DNA from: Dehalococcoidia bacterium
GTDB taxonomy: Bacteria > Chloroflexota > Dehalococcoidia > UBA2979
Length of the DNA stretch: 64,000 bases
Assembly: GCA_965219085.1 (NCBI GenBank)
Contig: OZ244720.1
Span: 1,344,001 to 1,408,000 of the forward strand
Reading direction: 5' to 3'
Shown: positions 60,675 to 64,000 of the stretch, piece after piece
Position numbering within the stretch: the first letter of the stretch is position 1
How the letters are laid out: each line of letters opens with the position of its first letter
The notes under the pieces: model-generated
Told to the model about the DNA's origin: nothing
Database searches by the model: none
Seen by the model: the letters and a program-made list of their open reading frames with translations, nothing else
Translations under genes and position numbers: made by a program

Positions 60675-61676
60675 TCACGCCGTGCCTCGAACGTACCGCG
60701 TCGTGAGGTAGTCCTCTACCCAGTTGCTCGTGCTGCGCCACTGCCCATCGGCGCCACGCGTCGCTTGCAGCCGCCCCCGCGCCGCGGCTTGCCGCAACGC
60801 GGAGTGCGACATCCGCTCATCAGCCAGCGCAGCGAGCGGCACGAGCCGGCCGGGGCCCGCAACCGCTGGGATGATGAACTTGTAGAGGTTGTCGAGTATG
60901 GCACGCGCGATCAGCTCCCCGAGCGGGCCGATGTCGCCGCGATCGGCCCTGCGGAGGGCGTCCAGATACGAATTGCGCTGGTTCTTGTAGATGATCGCGG
61001 GCGGGTAGCCGAGCCGGACGAGGAGCAGGTTCAGCACGAGCCGCCCCGTGCGCCCGTTGCCGTCGAGGAACGGATGGATCCGCTCGAACCGGCAGTGCAG
61101 GTCGGCTACGACTTCTGGGAAGTGCTCGGAGTCTGGCCGGAGACGGCTCACATCGGTGATCCAGTCCGTCATGAGCGACGGTACATCCGTCCACGCAGGG
61201 GGCTTCATGCCTCCCGGGAACGGGTGGATGTCGTGACGACGGTAGGCTCCGGGACCCTCATCGAAGCCAGCATCGGGGTGCGGCGCGACATCCCAGACGG
61301 GCTCCAGGGCGACCTCGTGGACACGCCGTACTTCAGTCAGCGATACCCACTCGCCAGCCGACCAGTCGCCGGGCTCGATGGCCTGACCGTAGACCCAGTT
61401 GGCTGCGTTCGCGTAGCCGTGCACCTCCATGTACTCGCGGAGTTCCTTGTCACCGACGGCGCGCCCTTCACCGAGCAGGGCCTCTACCTGCCTCAGGACA
61501 AGGGTGTTGCCCTCGATGGCGGTCGAGTGATGCGCCTCCTCGAACCAGATACCGCGCCAGATGTCGGAAGCCTCGAGGCGGTTCGGGAGCCCGCCCATGC
61601 GGTTCCACAACTCGTCGATCTGCGTCTCGAGCCGAGCATAGACGGAACTTCGTGACGGCCGACCAGGGCGCGTCAT
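60675..61676 (-). CDS. Fic family protein (class II) with C-terminal HTH-like domain
   Basis: HPFLDGNGRTGR; inhibitory motif HSTAIEGN. Confidence 0.93.
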   Translation of the reverse strand: MTRPGRPSRSSVYARLETQIDELWNRMGGLPNRLEASDIWRGIWFEEAHHSTAIEGNTLVLRQVEALLGEGRAVGDKELREYMEVHGYANAANWVYGQAIEPGDWSAGEWVSLTEVRRVHEVALEPVWDVAPHPDAGFDEGPGAYRRHDIHPFPGGMKPPAWTDVPSLMTDWITDVSRLRPDSEHFPEVVADLHCRFERIHPFLDGNGRTGRLVLNLLLVRLGYPPAIIYKNQRNSYLDALRRADRGDIGPLGELIARAILDNLYKFIIPAVAGPGRLVPLAALADERMSHSALRQAAARGRLQATRGADGQWRSTSNWVEDYLTTRYVRGTA

Positions 61677-61709
61677 CCGGCCTCCCTCGAAGTTGATGAG
61701 TCTACCCCT

Positions 61710-61784
61710 GTGCTAAATGCACCGCACACTTTGCCTGGCCAGAAAGTGTGCGCTGTAGCCCGTGCTAAATACACCGCACACTTT
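61710..61784. repeat. Two 23-bp direct repeats with an internal inverted 10-mer upstream of fic
   Basis: GTGCTAAATRCACCGCACACTTT at 61710 and 61762; AAAGTGTGCG at 61743. Confidence 0.85.
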
Positions 61785-61827
61785 CGCACACTCGTGCTGG
61801 CGCTGACCCTCGTCGCGCCGCGCACGC

Positions 61828-63744
<1,917 letters not shown>

Positions 63745-63825
63745 GGTGTCTCCTCCTTGATGCGTTGGTTGCTGACTGGCTCGTTGGTTGCATGCGCCGC
63801 CGGGCGGTGCCCTCGCGCGGCGCGG

Positions 63826-63999
63826 CTATGCCTCCTGCGTTGCTTCCGTGTCCGTGGAGCCGTCGCCCACCACCACCTGCGCGGGGCGGACGACGTAGTC
63901 CTGCATCGTGTAGCCGGATCGGACCGCCGCGACGACACGGCCGCCGGGGCCCGGCGCGTACGAGATCGCCTCGTGGACGCGCGGGTCGAACGCGGCCTC
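63826..63999 (-). CDS. grpE: GrpE C-terminus (5' truncated by window)
   Basis: FDPRVHEAI...GYTMQDYVVRPAQVVV upstream of dnaK. Confidence 0.9.
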   Translation of the reverse strand, partial: EAAFDPRVHEAISYAPGPGGRVVAAVRSGYTMQDYVVRPAQVVVGDGSTDTEATQEA

Positions 64000-64000
64000 C

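Noticed and set aside
61710-61784. CIRCE element or mini-CRISPR upstream of fic
   Set aside because: Only same-orientation GTGCTAA partial half-sites with no TTAGCACTC-N9 partner; the interval contains an inverted piece of the repeat rather than a unique spacer.

Overview
A 64-kb, very GC-rich bacterial chromosome segment. Gene content and order suggest Chloroflexota, probably Dehalococcoidia-like; this is an inference. The backbone is housekeeping: ispD-ispF, cysE-cysS, tRNA-Thr/Tyr/Thr-tuf-rpmG-secE-nusG-rplKAJL, radC, Fpg/Nei, pheA, two TrkA, pdxST, tmk, thiolase, thrB-lysC, dnaE, two convergent MoxR/DUF58 clusters, and grpE-dnaK-(fic)-dnaJ-prmA. Small defence or toxin-antitoxin-type islets sit between core genes, with no integrase or transposase in the window. 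They are two NYN RNases with matching structured leaders, a split AlbA/Schlafen pair, McrBC, MazEF, HigA and XRE remnants, a Fic enzyme, and a DUF1640-like gene. Best novelty candidates: (1) an orphan Pycsar-effector-like 3-TM protein converging on two paralogous Pro-rich microproteins ending in IEKWGR; (2) two unrelated NYN genes, each with a hairpin ending exactly 20 nt before the start codon; (3) a FICD-like Fic gene inside the dnaK-dnaJ operon with repeat-rich flanks; (4) a duplicated ispF 3' end bracketing a cassette; (5) a transglutaminase-like protein with the whole catalytic triad replaced; (6) a REP-like GCGGGG-ATA-CCCCGC palindrome family. All assignments come from reading motifs by eye; no database searches were run.
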